A DNA stretch of 64,000 nucleotides from Candidatus Yanofskybacteria bacterium RIFCSPHIGHO2_01_FULL_41_26 (GCA_001794055.1 MGJB01000006.1:90168-154167), one strand, 5' to 3'; shown: positions 11,877 to 23,072, counted from the stretch's first letter. Notes: generated from the sequence alone by a model not told the origin. Numbers and translations: made by a program.

Positions 11877-13139
11877 ATGAAATCAACCCCGAACAATACT
11901 TATATAAACACGAACGGAGACCTCAAAAAAAGGATTCTATTCGTAATTACACAGTCAGAATTGGGAGGAGCCCAAAAATTCTTGTCTAATCTTATTTCTC
12001 ATTTGGATAGGAATAGATATGAGTTTTTGGTGGCAGTCGGTTCAAGCGGTAATGGCGATTTTTTGAGAGTACTGAAGACTAAAGGCATTTCCTATCAAAC
12101 TCTTAATTTTTTGAAGCGAGACCCGGCAATAAGCGACCTTAGGGCTGTTTTTGAAATCCGCAGTTTGATCAAAAATTATCGTCCCGATGTTTTGTTTTTA
12201 AACAGTTCTAAGGCCGGATTTATCGGCTCTTTGGCCTCCGTATTTCCAACAAGGATAAATGCCGTAAAAGTTATTTACAGAATAGGCGGATGGTCATTTA
12301 ATGACCCGTGGCCGAAGTGGAAAAAACTGCTTTGGATTATCTTGGAATGGTTAAGCGCTAAATGGAAGGATGTTTTAATCGTTAATAATCAGAATGACTT
12401 GGAACAAGCTAAAAAACTAAAGATAAAACCCCGAATGCAGACAGTTTTGATTCACAATGGCATAGAGATTTATAAATTGGACTTTATGCAAAAGGAGGAA
12501 GCGCGAACAAGGTTGTTCGAAAAAACCGCTAAGTATTCCGATGGAGATACTCCCGCCCCAGAAGAACAGGGTTCGCCCCATGAAGTTGGACAACAAACCC
12601 AACATGTCATCGGCACGATCGCCAACTTCTACCCAACTAAAGGTTTGGAATATCTTATTCAAGCTGCCGATTATTTTCACCGAGGTTCGATATCGGTGAG
12701 TGATGCAGATAGTCTTATTTTTTTTATTATTGGAGACGGAGAATTAAGACTCGAACTGGAAAAAATGATACGAGAAAAAAGGTTGGGAGAAAAAGTTTTT
12801 CTTTTAGGCCAAATTCCCGATGCTTATAGGTTTTTGCCAGCTTTTGATGTTTTCGTTCTTCCATCAGTTAAAGAGGGTTTTCCTTGGGCGCTGATTGAAG
12901 CGATGTCGGCCAAATTGCCGGTCATTGCCACTGACGTAGGAGCAGTGTCGGAAATAATTGATAATTATAAAAACGGTTTACTAGTAAAACCAGGGGACCC
13001 AATCAAATTGGCGGAAAAAATCAACGAGGTCTTAAGAAATGACCATCTTAAAAATGAACTTGGCATCCAGGCCCACCAAACCGTGCTTTTCAATTTTGAG
13101 CTTGATAAGATGGTAAAAAAGATTGAGGAACTACTCTAA
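11877..13139 (+). CDS. Glycosyltransferase family 4
   Basis: ITQSELGGAQ, EGFPWALIEAMSAKLPVIATDVG. Confidence 0.9.
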   Translation: MKSTPNNTYINTNGDLKKRILFVITQSELGGAQKFLSNLISHLDRNRYEFLVAVGSSGNGDFLRVLKTKGISYQTLNFLKRDPAISDLRAVFEIRSLIKNYRPDVLFLNSSKAGFIGSLASVFPTRINAVKVIYRIGGWSFNDPWPKWKKLLWIILEWLSAKWKDVLIVNNQNDLEQAKKLKIKPRMQTVLIHNGIEIYKLDFMQKEEARTRLFEKTAKYSDGDTPAPEEQGSPHEVGQQTQHVIGTIANFYPTKGLEYLIQAADYFHRGSISVSDADSLIFFIIGDGELRLELEKMIREKRLGEKVFLLGQIPDAYRFLPAFDVFVLPSVKEGFPWALIEAMSAKLPVIATDVGAVSEIIDNYKNGLLVKPGDPIKLAEKINEVLRNDHLKNELGIQAHQTVLFNFELDKMVKKIEELL

Positions 13140-15385
13140 AAATCTCTACCGAGACTCTTTACAAACACTCTGGCATCAGCCTCAAAAGACGGGTCAACCT
13201 GAACCGCTTTATGAGCCATTTTTACAGCATCATCAATTCTTCCCAAATTAGCGTATGCGGTTGCCAGTGATGCATAATGCTGGGGGTTATTTGGATTAAC
13301 TTGAATCAACATTTCGTAGACCCAAGCAATATGGACAAAATCTTTGGTCTTGATATAAGCATTTACCAATCTTGCAAAATCCTCTTCGCGGGGACTATAC
13401 GGGTTTTTGCTCAATAGGGCCCTTTTTAAATCCTCTGCCCCGCTTAAGTCCCCGTTTTCTATTTTAGCCGCTCCTAAGTATGCATGGGATATGCCAGTAT
13501 CCGGATTTAAATCGACTGCTTTTTGGAAAAATTCAATGGCTTTAGTATAATCTTTTTTATTAAGATATGCTTGGGCTATTTCATAATAAGTTCTGATAAA
13601 CGTCGGCGAAAGTTCCAATGCTTTCATTGAATAGGCCAAAGCACTGTCATTATATGGTGACCCTGGATCTTCTTTACCAAACATGATATTCAATCGAGAA
13701 CCATAGAGATATGGCAGATTATCAATCGAGTTTTCTTTAATGTTTTTATCAACTTCTGTTATCGCATATTTATAAGCATCTTGGACTATTTTTTCTTTAA
13801 TACTCGGACCGCCTCCGCCGACCAGATATTGGGCAAATCTGTGTCTGTATTCATACTTGCCAGGCACATCATAAGACAAAGCTTCTTTATATTTTTCTAA
13901 AGCTCCATTAAAGTCGCTTGCCCACCCTCTTACAATAGCTCTTGTAAGTGTGTAGTTGGCCCTGGAAGGCAAAAAATTGGTTTTATATATCAACACTAGG
14001 ACAGAAACGACTAAAACAATGGTTAAAATGCCGATAAGAAATCTGTTTTTGATAACCGGGAAAGACATTTTTGTTTCTTCCTTTCGTTCACGCCCAAAAT
14101 AGGATACATATCCGGCAAGCGTAAAGAAAACAACAAAATTAGCCGAGGTGTCAAATATGAAAGAGTTGTGGATCATATATGCAACGACCGCTGAAGTAAG
14201 TCCTACACCGTAAACGACAAATTCGTTGTTCTTCATTAGTCTTCGAAGATGGGCGAACAAAGAAACAAAAATATTAACATAGGCCAAAAACCCCACAAGA
14301 CCCATCGTCACCAAAATCTCGATGAACATATTGTGGGCCCTGTCAAAAAGAGTCTCCGAGCCGATTCCCACAAAAAACTTCGGATTAAAATATTTCGAAA
14401 AAGGAATATTAAAATTCTCCGGCCCCCAGCCAAGAAGAATTGTTTTTGGATTTTCACTCCATCCTTTCAGCCCCGCCTGCCAGGCCCAAAAACGCGTCTG
14501 AACAGTAACTGAAGTAAGTGATAAATTGGTTATTCTGCTCAAATACCCGGAGTTTTTTACAAAAGAAGAGTTGTTAAACAATCCGACAAAAATAACGAAT
14601 AAGACAACAAGACCAACTAGAGAGCCGAACACCAACCTTCCGGTATGTGACTTTTTGCGCTCCATCCACAAGAACGCAAAAACCATAAGCCCGACCGCAT
14701 AACCTAAAATTGAACCTCTAACCGCAGTCATCAGAACAACAACAGAAGTTATTACAAAGGCTAGCAAATACAGAGTTCTTCGATTTTGAGTATTCCTGGG
14801 ATTTAAATACATTATCAAAGACAAGAACACGGATAGTAATTCATAGCCGGCAAATAAAGCTGCATTGCCGATGGTGCCGAATATCCTCGCACGTCCTCCT
14901 GATCCAAGGAAAAATTCAATATTTGTTTTCTGGGCAAATCCATAAAACGCCGATAAGACACCAATAAAAATAGTCAGGTCAAGCAATCTTTGCCAATGTT
15001 CTTTTTTTGTAAATACCGAAGTTAAAATTATAAAGAATAAAAAGTAATGCCAAAAAGTCCAAAGACCGCCCATTCTTTCAAGAGTGCCCCAAAAACTTGG
15101 ATATTTCAAAACACTGGTCAAGGTAGCCAAAGTAAACGCTAAAGCAAAAAACAATAAAGCCCAAAATATTCTATCTCGGCGAGGTAGAAAAAAACGGTTT
15201 TTAAAAACCAATACCAAATAAGCCACTCCTAAAACTTCAATTAAACTCCTAAAAATTATAACCTTCCCAAAATGAAAAGGGGAAATGAAATCCTTCCAAA
15301 TAATGAGCGGCACTAACGCCGTCAAATAAATTCCGAACCGGATAAATTTAACTAGACCCGATTCTCGTGATAATTGTTGTTGCAT
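13136..15385 (-). CDS. O-antigen ligase / O-oligosaccharyltransferase family protein with C-terminal TPRs
   Basis: Multi-TM; RIFGTIGN, TRFWAW, LGWGPENF, DRAHN; TPR-like C-terminus. Confidence 0.82.
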   Translation of the reverse strand: MQQQLSRESGLVKFIRFGIYLTALVPLIIWKDFISPFHFGKVIIFRSLIEVLGVAYLVLVFKNRFFLPRRDRIFWALLFFALAFTLATLTSVLKYPSFWGTLERMGGLWTFWHYFLFFIILTSVFTKKEHWQRLLDLTIFIGVLSAFYGFAQKTNIEFFLGSGGRARIFGTIGNAALFAGYELLSVFLSLIMYLNPRNTQNRRTLYLLAFVITSVVVLMTAVRGSILGYAVGLMVFAFLWMERKKSHTGRLVFGSLVGLVVLFVIFVGLFNNSSFVKNSGYLSRITNLSLTSVTVQTRFWAWQAGLKGWSENPKTILLGWGPENFNIPFSKYFNPKFFVGIGSETLFDRAHNMFIEILVTMGLVGFLAYVNIFVSLFAHLRRLMKNNEFVVYGVGLTSAVVAYMIHNSFIFDTSANFVVFFTLAGYVSYFGRERKEETKMSFPVIKNRFLIGILTIVLVVSVLVLIYKTNFLPSRANYTLTRAIVRGWASDFNGALEKYKEALSYDVPGKYEYRHRFAQYLVGGGGPSIKEKIVQDAYKYAITEVDKNIKENSIDNLPYLYGSRLNIMFGKEDPGSPYNDSALAYSMKALELSPTFIRTYYEIAQAYLNKKDYTKAIEFFQKAVDLNPDTGISHAYLGAAKIENGDLSGAEDLKRALLSKNPYSPREEDFARLVNAYIKTKDFVHIAWVYEMLIQVNPNNPQHYASLATAYANLGRIDDAVKMAHKAVQVDPSFEADARVFVKSLGRDF

Positions 15386-15424
15386 AACAAATATAAAATA
15401 CCATAATTTACAAAAATTTCAACC

Positions 15425-16723
15425 TTATTTTAGAGTTACTCTGTAAATTATTCCGGCAGAATCATCTGAAACATAAAGTGCTCCATCAGGCCCGAACTTC
15501 AAATCAACCGGCCGGCCGGATATTTTACCATTATCTCCTAACCATCCTGAAATAAAATCCTCCGGCTTTTGAGACAGAACCTTACCATTAGCATCTAAAT
15601 CATATCTGACAATCTTGTACCCGACGGCAATGCTTCTGTTCCAAGAACCATGAAACGCCACTAAAAGATCCCCCGCCCATTCTTTGGGCCATCCTTTATC
15701 TGTCGGAATAAAAGTCAAGCCCAAAGGAGCCGAGTGAGCTGGAATTTCTATAATGGGCGGTTCTGTCTTGGCGCAATCAGCAGACAGATCAATTCTTTTA
15801 ATTTTTTCCGGATTAAATATTTTATCTTTTATCCGATTACCATAACAAAATGGCCAGCCAAATCGTTTAGCGCCAAATTTATCTTCTGAGCCGGCAACTT
15901 TGATAATATTTATTTCGTCTGGCGGCAAAGAGTCTCCCAAATTATCACGCCCCATTTCTGATGCCCATATTTCTTTTGTCTTGGGGTGAAAAGTAAAAAA
16001 CACGGAATTCCTCAATCCTCCGGCAAACTCTGCAGTATAACTGCCTTCTGGGTCGGACTCTAAAATTGCCGCTCTTTTCCAGGTAGTATCTTCAACACAA
16101 ACATCGCAAGACGAACCGACACTTATATACAACTTGATATCGACAAGGGTGTTATTCCCCTTTTTTCCCGGCAATAGAGGGATTTTCCTAAAATTAGGCC
16201 CAAAAGATATTGTCCTCGTAAAATGTTGGCCATCAGCCGGAAGGTTAGTAATGTTTTTACCAACTCCATCAATTAATTTGCCAGTATTAGCATCGTAGGC
16301 ATACTTCACAATCTGCTGTGTCTCAGCAACATACAAATAAGTAGTTTTCCCGGAACTTACTTGTCTTGAGTCTGTCGAAGGATAAAAATCCAAACCGTGA
16401 GGCAATCTTAAGTTTTCGATTAAAATATGCCCCGATTCAAAATATCCATTTTTGTCTTTATCTTCCAAAACACTAACCCTGCCCGCTTTTGTTTCGCTTA
16501 CCAGCATTCTGTTCTTAGAATCAAAAACCATGACTCGGGGATTATCTAGATTTTTAGCCGCAATAGTAATTTTCAAACTTTCCGGAAGTTTAAGAAAGGA
16601 AAGATCAGTGTTGAAAATTTCCTGTATTGCGGACTCTTGGGGAGATTGAACATAAAACCAATTAAATACAACAAACGCAGCAAATACGACGGCTATTGCT
16701 AAAATTTTATATTTATTGAACAT
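15425..16723 (-). CDS. PQQ-dependent sugar/sorbosone dehydrogenase family
   Basis: LYISVGSSCDVC, GLRN, GRDNLGD..PPDEIN, AHSAPLG, HGSWNR, GRPVD...GPDGALYVSDD. Confidence 0.85.
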   Translation of the reverse strand: MFNKYKILAIAVVFAAFVVFNWFYVQSPQESAIQEIFNTDLSFLKLPESLKITIAAKNLDNPRVMVFDSKNRMLVSETKAGRVSVLEDKDKNGYFESGHILIENLRLPHGLDFYPSTDSRQVSSGKTTYLYVAETQQIVKYAYDANTGKLIDGVGKNITNLPADGQHFTRTISFGPNFRKIPLLPGKKGNNTLVDIKLYISVGSSCDVCVEDTTWKRAAILESDPEGSYTAEFAGGLRNSVFFTFHPKTKEIWASEMGRDNLGDSLPPDEINIIKVAGSEDKFGAKRFGWPFCYGNRIKDKIFNPEKIKRIDLSADCAKTEPPIIEIPAHSAPLGLTFIPTDKGWPKEWAGDLLVAFHGSWNRSIAVGYKIVRYDLDANGKVLSQKPEDFISGWLGDNGKISGRPVDLKFGPDGALYVSDDSAGIIYRVTLK

Positions 16724-16798
16724 ATTTTAAAACATATTAACTTAAAAACAAAAGACCCGCAAATGGGTCTCCTGTTTTTAAAACAAAAATTTAAATTA

Positions 16799-18037
16799 CT
16801 AAATTGCTTTCAAATAGTCGCCATGAACCCAAGCATCTTTGGCCTGGTATTTTATCTTATGCCATGAACCTGACTGGCCCAAACTTTCTAATACTTGTCC
16901 CAGTGGAAGTTTGCCTAAAATAATGCTTGAAGTGCCGGCTGACGTTCTCACGTTGAGTTGGTCGGTGCCAACAACTTTATATTGTTTTTTAACAACCGAA
17001 CTTGGTGTCGGTGTTGAAGACATGGTTTTTCTAGAATAATCAGGTATTTGATTAACGGAAGTATACGCTGTTCCCTGCGGATACCAATTAAATTCTTTTG
17101 TATTGATGCAAAATACTTTTTTGAAAAAGTCAGCATCATCCGCTACGGCTTGTTCACCGGTAGTGTTAACCCAGTGAAGCTTTCCGGTATCTTCGCCGGT
17201 CGTTTCTACTCCATAAACCTTTTTATCATTGGTTTCACAATTTCTGAAAAGGCCGGAAGTTACAAATAGATCCCTTGTCACAGACGTAGTACCTTTAACT
17301 TTGTTAAAACCGCCAAGATGGCCGTAGAATCCAAATATGGCAGGATTTAAGAATAACCTCTTGTAGCCATATGGATTGACTATGTAAACATCCGGGTCGC
17401 TTGAACCAGCCGCGCTGATAACATCGCCATCTTTCAAACTCGCAGCTGACAAACTTACAAATCCTCTTGAGGCCGGAGTTGATTTGCTTACGGAAACAGA
17501 AACCGGGACTGAAACTGGAGTCGGGGTTGCCGAAACCGCCGGACTCACAACTGGCGCGGGAGTTGGGGTTGTAGTAGTTGTAGTAGTTGTAGTTGTTGTA
17601 GTTGTTGTCGTCCCGCCCCCTCCACCACCACCTCCGCCACTAGAACCACCGACGCTGCCAGTAGAGCCGCAAATAGTTGAACTGGGTGTTATTATTACTG
17701 TTGTCGCAGCAGATACAGTCAGATTTAGAGTTGATTTGCTTTCGGCGCAGGAATATGAAAAACCGCCATCGTTTTCTAATAACTTTCGGCCGGCTGATTC
17801 GAGATTAAAACTCTGGCCGGCAGAAATCGTGACCGTTATTTGAGTGCTGCTTACTACCACCGAATCCGCATCGGAACCGCCTACTATGTTAAAGTTTCCC
17901 GAGTCAAGCTCTATGGTAGTATCTTCTGTAAAATAAGCATCGCCGACAGCTTTTGCATGGTTAACTCCGATCAAGAATATTCCACCAAGCAAGATGGCAA
18001 CGAGAACTAAGGAGGATTTGTTTTTTATTTGTTTCAT
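16799..18037 (-). CDS. Secreted surface protein: Gly/Thr linker, domain shared with S-layer N-terminus, C-terminal bacterial SH3
   Basis: Signal peptide; poly-G and poly-T linker; LNVRTSAG...WHKI...WV SH3b pattern. Confidence 0.7.
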   Translation of the reverse strand: MKQIKNKSSLVLVAILLGGIFLIGVNHAKAVGDAYFTEDTTIELDSGNFNIVGGSDADSVVVSSTQITVTISAGQSFNLESAGRKLLENDGGFSYSCAESKSTLNLTVSAATTVIITPSSTICGSTGSVGGSSGGGGGGGGGTTTTTTTTTTTTTTTPTPAPVVSPAVSATPTPVSVPVSVSVSKSTPASRGFVSLSAASLKDGDVISAAGSSDPDVYIVNPYGYKRLFLNPAIFGFYGHLGGFNKVKGTTSVTRDLFVTSGLFRNCETNDKKVYGVETTGEDTGKLHWVNTTGEQAVADDADFFKKVFCINTKEFNWYPQGTAYTSVNQIPDYSRKTMSSTPTPSSVVKKQYKVVGTDQLNVRTSAGTSSIILGKLPLGQVLESLGQSGSWHKIKYQAKDAWVHGDYLKAI

Positions 18038-18038
18038 T

Positions 18039-18452
18039 TTATTTTTTTTGAAGTTGCATACTTCGAATAGTGTTAACAACCGGAGAGTCATCGTTTAGGT
18101 TTTCCCAGAACAATACTTGATCTTGATTTATTGTCATTTTGTCTTTGGGTTTATGAGGTTCAATCGCACCAAGTTTGACAAGTTGGCCAGCTCCATTTTC
18201 GTTAACTTTGACATAATAAACATCCGCCAGAATCAAATAATCAGAGCTAGCATTCTTTAAATGTCCAAAATATATCTGGTCATTTGTTAAAAATACGGCT
18301 TGAAATGTATTTGAATCTATAAAATCATTCCGGTCATAGCGATCATATGTAAGATAGTCCACAAAGAACTGCATCCCAACATAACCAATCGCAATAACCA
18401 GAACCGTCAAACCTACAGCCATGCCAACTAAGACATTCTTGTTTTTAGCCAT
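18039..18452 (-). CDS. Conserved hypothetical membrane-anchored protein
   Basis: N-terminal TM; FQAVFLTNDQIYFGHL and LFWENL motifs. Confidence 0.65.
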   Translation of the reverse strand: MAKNKNVLVGMAVGLTVLVIAIGYVGMQFFVDYLTYDRYDRNDFIDSNTFQAVFLTNDQIYFGHLKNASSDYLILADVYYVKVNENGAGQLVKLGAIEPHKPKDKMTINQDQVLFWENLNDDSPVVNTIRSMQLQKK

Positions 18453-18464
18453 ACTTGAATTATC

Positions 18465-19568
18465 TTACCTGCAAGATACTGTGCTAACAGTTAAAGCCGT
18501 GCCTCCGACATAAACACGAGCATAGACCGGCTTTCCTGCGGTATCTGTAAGTTGAAGACAAGATCCTTTGGTCCCATCAGAACTTCCAAAATACATACTT
18601 GCGGTGCCAGCCTTTACAAATTCAGCAACATATGCGGTGCTGGAACTGGCTACATTAGAACCAACAACAAGATTTCTCGTGATAAAAGCGTTTCCTGCCG
18701 AGGCATAACCAACTACTTCAAAATCAACTGCTACCGAAGCAGTGCCGTCCAAAAATGTCTTGCCATTTACTTCTAAAGCGCCTGTTAAAAGTAAGTCATT
18801 ACTGGCATCGATGTCCGTAGCATGACCAGTAGTAGCAGTTCCAAATCTTGAATATGCCACAGAAGCGGTCGCACCAGATAGACCAGCTACCTGAATTGCG
18901 TTTGGAGTGAAGAAATAAGATGCCGATGCCGTGCCTTGGACTTCAAACTTGGTTGAGGGTGTATCTCCAACGCCAACTCTCCGGTTTGTAGTATCGATGG
19001 TTAAAACGGTTGTAGTTCCAGCCGCATTTTGGAATCTGAAAGCAGTAGTGCTATCGTTATTCATTCCCGGCCTGACTTGACCGTTGGCTAAGAATAATAT
19101 TCCAGATACAGAAGCAACACTACCAAAAGAAGCCGTAGCTCTAACTTCTAAGTCGCCGACAATTAAAAGATCGTTAGTAGTTGTAATATAATTGGCGTGA
19201 TTGGTGGCAGAAGTACCAAATCTGTTATAGGCCACGGAGGCCACTCCGCCTACCTGCAATGTGTTAGCGGTCATTAAGTATGACGCAGAAGCTGTGCCTT
19301 GGACTTCAAAGGTTGTTGAAGGTGCGGCGCCGACACCTATTCGAGCATTTGTACTATCGCCTATAAGATAATTAGTACCGGCAGCATTTTGGAATCTAAC
19401 AGATGTAGTAGAATTAGCCGCTGGATTCACAAGAAAAGTACCCGTCGTACTCATGTTGGTCCCGATAGTGCTTGCAGCAAAAACGCCCAAGGGCGCAAGG
19501 ACAAAAACAGAAACTAAAGTGACTGAAAGAATCGACCAAGAAACCGACTGAAAGTTATATTTTTTCAT
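18465..19568 (-). CDS. Secreted repetitive beta-rich fibre/adhesin-like protein
   Basis: Signal peptide; internal duplication RFQNAAGT...R(I/V)GVG..PST.FEVQGTASASY...ASVAY.RFGT. Confidence 0.6.
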   Translation of the reverse strand: MKKYNFQSVSWSILSVTLVSVFVLAPLGVFAASTIGTNMSTTGTFLVNPAANSTTSVRFQNAAGTNYLIGDSTNARIGVGAAPSTTFEVQGTASASYLMTANTLQVGGVASVAYNRFGTSATNHANYITTTNDLLIVGDLEVRATASFGSVASVSGILFLANGQVRPGMNNDSTTAFRFQNAAGTTTVLTIDTTNRRVGVGDTPSTKFEVQGTASASYFFTPNAIQVAGLSGATASVAYSRFGTATTGHATDIDASNDLLLTGALEVNGKTFLDGTASVAVDFEVVGYASAGNAFITRNLVVGSNVASSSTAYVAEFVKAGTASMYFGSSDGTKGSCLQLTDTAGKPVYARVYVGGTALTVSTVSCR

Positions 19569-19631
19569 ATGTTATTAATTATAATTCAACAGTCTAATAC
19601 CGCACAAGCCCACTTATCAACAACCCTTATT

Positions 19632-21233
19632 TTAAAATTCATACACCAAGAAAGAATACCCTACCCTGTCGATGGGTTGATAAAAAGAAGACCAATCAAG
19701 TCTGTCATCAAGCCGCATTTGGCTTAATTCTTTTAATCTTATAAGAAAATTAATATTTACAGCATACCTTCCCGATAGATTTGAAATAGATGTTTCTGTC
19801 GAAGGTATGATATTTTTAATCCCGTAATATTTCGGATCAAAATATATATTGGCATCCGAATTCACAATTTTCGTATCAGGGTATTTTTTTTGATATTCTG
19901 CAAGACGTTTTAAATCATGTTTCCATTCCAAGTTTGAGTCATCCAAATACTTATGTCCATTGGCGGACCCCCCGATAAATTCATTAAAGTAGGCCAAATA
20001 ATCCGGGTAGATGCTCACGGCAGAAAAAACATACCAAATGGCCAGAACAAAAATTAAAATGGTGCCTGTTTTAATTTTTGTTCTGGAATTTTCAATTTTA
20101 AATTTCCAATTTTCGGTTAACCTTACCAACCCTCCTGCATAAAGAGTCAGGAACGGAAAAACCGGTAATAGATAACGAACACCAAGATTATGGGCTTTTA
20201 AATTTGTGACGAACAAGAAAAAAACAACAGGCATAAATATAAATAGTTTGTCCCGATTACTGATATTTAATTTTTTATGGAAAACCAACGCAAACACCAA
20301 AGCAGCCAGCACAGGAATGGGAGTCTTTATCAAAAATGCTTCCAGAAAATAATACCACCAGCCGTTTTGTGAAAACTGGCCGTTCAAATAGAAACTATAA
20401 TAAATATTCGCATCGGCATAAACCATGTTTATGCCTTTTAAGTAAAACCCCGAGTCCGTCGGCATAAAGTAAGAAAAATACACAACCACAAAAGCAGGAA
20501 TAATCATTATGGCTGTCATTTTGACAAACCCGCTAACCACCGAGTTAAAATCATTTCGTCCTGACTTGGCATAAACAAAAATCAAAAATAAAATTACCGG
20601 CAAAAACACAACAGCCGAAAATTTAGAGCTCAATGCCAAACCAAGAAATAATCCAGAATAAATTAAATGCTTGTTAATATTGGTTTTGACAAATTTCCAC
20701 AAATAATAAAAAGCGACAAACGAGAAGAGGGCCAAAGCTAAATCAGTGGTCACAAATTGAGCATGGGCAATAATGTTAGGCATAAAGGCATAAAGAAATA
20801 AAGATAATAGGCCCGCTTTGGAATTGAACATTTCAAAAGCCCATCGATAAATATAAAACCCCAGCAAAACAGAAAAGAGCATGATCGGCAATCTTCCCCA
20901 AAACAACAACCTGTCCACATTATTGGAAGTCAAAAACTTTTTGCCGAATTTCCATTCATTTTTAAAAGGTCCGACTAAATCGGGGTCTTGACTGTCAAAT
21001 TTCAAATTCATAAACAACAAAGGAAAGGAGGAAATCAATTTTACAAAAGGCGGATGCTGAGGATTTAACGTAATTTGTCCCGTTTTCCAATAAGAATAGC
21101 CGCTTGGAAGATGAGTTATTTCGTCGCTTGCCGGACTGAAGTTTTGAGAGCTGAAAAACGGCAAAAGAAAAGTCACGGCCAATAGGAAAATTATAGCAAC
21201 CTTAACCATCAAACTGTTTGAAAATTGAATCAT
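19632..21233 (-). CDS. GT-C glycosyltransferase (GT39/ArnT/PMT-like)
   Basis: DEITH, QHPPF, PNIIAHAQFVTTD, SKFS, GVRYLLP; multi-TM. Confidence 0.78.
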   Translation of the reverse strand: MIQFSNSLMVKVAIIFLLAVTFLLPFFSSQNFSPASDEITHLPSGYSYWKTGQITLNPQHPPFVKLISSFPLLFMNLKFDSQDPDLVGPFKNEWKFGKKFLTSNNVDRLLFWGRLPIMLFSVLLGFYIYRWAFEMFNSKAGLLSLFLYAFMPNIIAHAQFVTTDLALALFSFVAFYYLWKFVKTNINKHLIYSGLFLGLALSSKFSAVVFLPVILFLIFVYAKSGRNDFNSVVSGFVKMTAIMIIPAFVVVYFSYFMPTDSGFYLKGINMVYADANIYYSFYLNGQFSQNGWWYYFLEAFLIKTPIPVLAALVFALVFHKKLNISNRDKLFIFMPVVFFLFVTNLKAHNLGVRYLLPVFPFLTLYAGGLVRLTENWKFKIENSRTKIKTGTILIFVLAIWYVFSAVSIYPDYLAYFNEFIGGSANGHKYLDDSNLEWKHDLKRLAEYQKKYPDTKIVNSDANIYFDPKYYGIKNIIPSTETSISNLSGRYAVNINFLIRLKELSQMRLDDRLDWSSFYQPIDRVGYSFLVYEF

Positions 21234-21257
21234 TGAAAATTTATTGAAAATTGAAAA

Positions 21258-23072
21258 TTATAAATTGCTTTCGGCTATCTTTATCATCTCCCCTATCTCA
21301 GGAGCTTTGTTTCCGAATGTCTGTGCGTTTTTCAAATAAATTAATGCCTGTTTATATTCTTTTTTAACAAAATATGCGGTACCCACCACCGCGCTTATAT
21401 CAGGATTGTCTAAACTTGATCCAAAATATTTACTCATCATTTCCAATGCTTTGTCCGGTTTATTCAGGGCAATTTGAACATAAGAATACTTTATTATATA
21501 TTCTGCCGTAGCATAAAAATTTATAACTTTAAGAAAATTATCACCCGCCTCCTGAAGCCGTCCTTGTTTTAAATATAACCTTGCCAGGTTTATAGAAGAA
21601 TTTGTTGCATCTGGATTCAATTCTAAAGACTTTTTAAATTTTTCTTCGGCTAAAACATAATTTTTCTCATGATCAGCGACAACTCCCAACAAGTTCTGAA
21701 GATGAGAATTATTTTCGTATATGTTTCTAGCAATTTGAAGCTGTTCTTTAGCTAAATCCCACTCACCAGCTCTTATGTGTACGCCGGCCAATGCTGTTCT
21801 GGTAATTAGGCTATTGGGAGATTCTTTAACTGTTGCATTAAACAATGTCTGACTGTCACGCCAGTCCTTATTTCTTACGATGGTTCTAACACCATAAAAA
21901 ATTAAAACAACAGTCAAAAATCCGTATACCACTTTAGCATCCAATTTTTTATATTCAATAACTTTCTTCAAGATCCAAGCAATAATAATCGTAAAACCAA
22001 AAGATGGAAAATACATTAATCTTTCCCCCATTATTGTTCCCACCGGTTTAATCAAATTAGAAATAATAAGGTAGGGGAACAGGAATAATACTGCACCAAA
22101 AGAGATCTCTTTGTTTACTTTTTTATAAAAAACAATAAGAACAACCAACAAGATGAGGATCAGGATTCCGACCGCAGATTCAAGAGAAACAAAGGGATTG
22201 CTTACTGTTTGTATGGTATTAAAAGAATAATCCGCAGAAAGATGGATCGGCCATACCAATCTTTCGACATACATAAACAAAACCTTAAACGCCGTGAAAA
22301 TTCTTTCTAAAAAAGATGAAAAAATCAAATGATTTTCTACAATAGTTGTCGTAGCAGCTCCAAAGAAATAACTGCCCAAAGCTTTGTATCTTAATATCGC
22401 ATAAAGTCCGAACGGTAAAAAGAAAAAAAGCATATTTCCGATTGATTCCTTTATTTTTTTATGTAAAACAACAAAGTCAATATATAAAATTACCGGCAAC
22501 ACCATTAAGGCCGACTCCTTGCTTAATAGAGCCAATAAAAACGATATAGAACTTAATATCTTATTTTTATTAACAAAAAAATAAATACTGATGATACTGA
22601 ACAAGAACGATAAAAGCTCTGCTCTTCCAACAATAGAAGTTACCGCTTCAGTATGAATAGGATGGGTCAAAAACAACAAAAAAGTTGCGTAGGACAGGAA
22701 CTTATTTTTAAATAAAAAGTAAATCAGCCAAAAAACCAAAAAAGAATTTAGGACATGAATAATAATATTGACGACATGAAAACCAGCCGCTTGTCCCGAG
22801 CTTGTGGAAGAAGAAAGCGAACTATTTATATAATGATTGATGGCATAAGAAGCCATGGCCAAAGGGCGATAAAGTCCTGTTTTGGGCATATTTTGATGAT
22901 AAGGAGAGATAAAGAGATTAAAAAAATTACTTGGGTCTGTTAGATCGCCCCGATTTTGAACTACTGTTACGTCGTCAAACACAAACTCACCTGAAATACC
23001 GTTTCCGAAAACCAAAAAAGACAGAATAATTGCCAAAATAAAAATAATAACAAATTCCCGATTGAAAATCAT
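21258..23072 (-). CDS. TMTC-like protein O-mannosyltransferase (GT-C + TPR)
   Basis: FVFDD, YRPL, HPIHTEAVTSIVGRAELL, SKE, ERLMYFPS, RNKDW; TPRs. Confidence 0.8.
   Translation of the reverse strand: MIFNREFVIIFILAIILSFLVFGNGISGEFVFDDVTVVQNRGDLTDPSNFFNLFISPYHQNMPKTGLYRPLAMASYAINHYINSSLSSSTSSGQAAGFHVVNIIIHVLNSFLVFWLIYFLFKNKFLSYATFLLFLTHPIHTEAVTSIVGRAELLSFLFSIISIYFFVNKNKILSSISFLLALLSKESALMVLPVILYIDFVVLHKKIKESIGNMLFFFLPFGLYAILRYKALGSYFFGAATTTIVENHLIFSSFLERIFTAFKVLFMYVERLVWPIHLSADYSFNTIQTVSNPFVSLESAVGILILILLVVLIVFYKKVNKEISFGAVLFLFPYLIISNLIKPVGTIMGERLMYFPSFGFTIIIAWILKKVIEYKKLDAKVVYGFLTVVLIFYGVRTIVRNKDWRDSQTLFNATVKESPNSLITRTALAGVHIRAGEWDLAKEQLQIARNIYENNSHLQNLLGVVADHEKNYVLAEEKFKKSLELNPDATNSSINLARLYLKQGRLQEAGDNFLKVINFYATAEYIIKYSYVQIALNKPDKALEMMSKYFGSSLDNPDISAVVGTAYFVKKEYKQALIYLKNAQTFGNKAPEIGEMIKIAESNL

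Noticed and set aside
17484-17843. Poly-Val/poly-Pro ORF on the plus strand
   Set aside because: Antisense reading of the Gly/Thr linker of the 16799 gene
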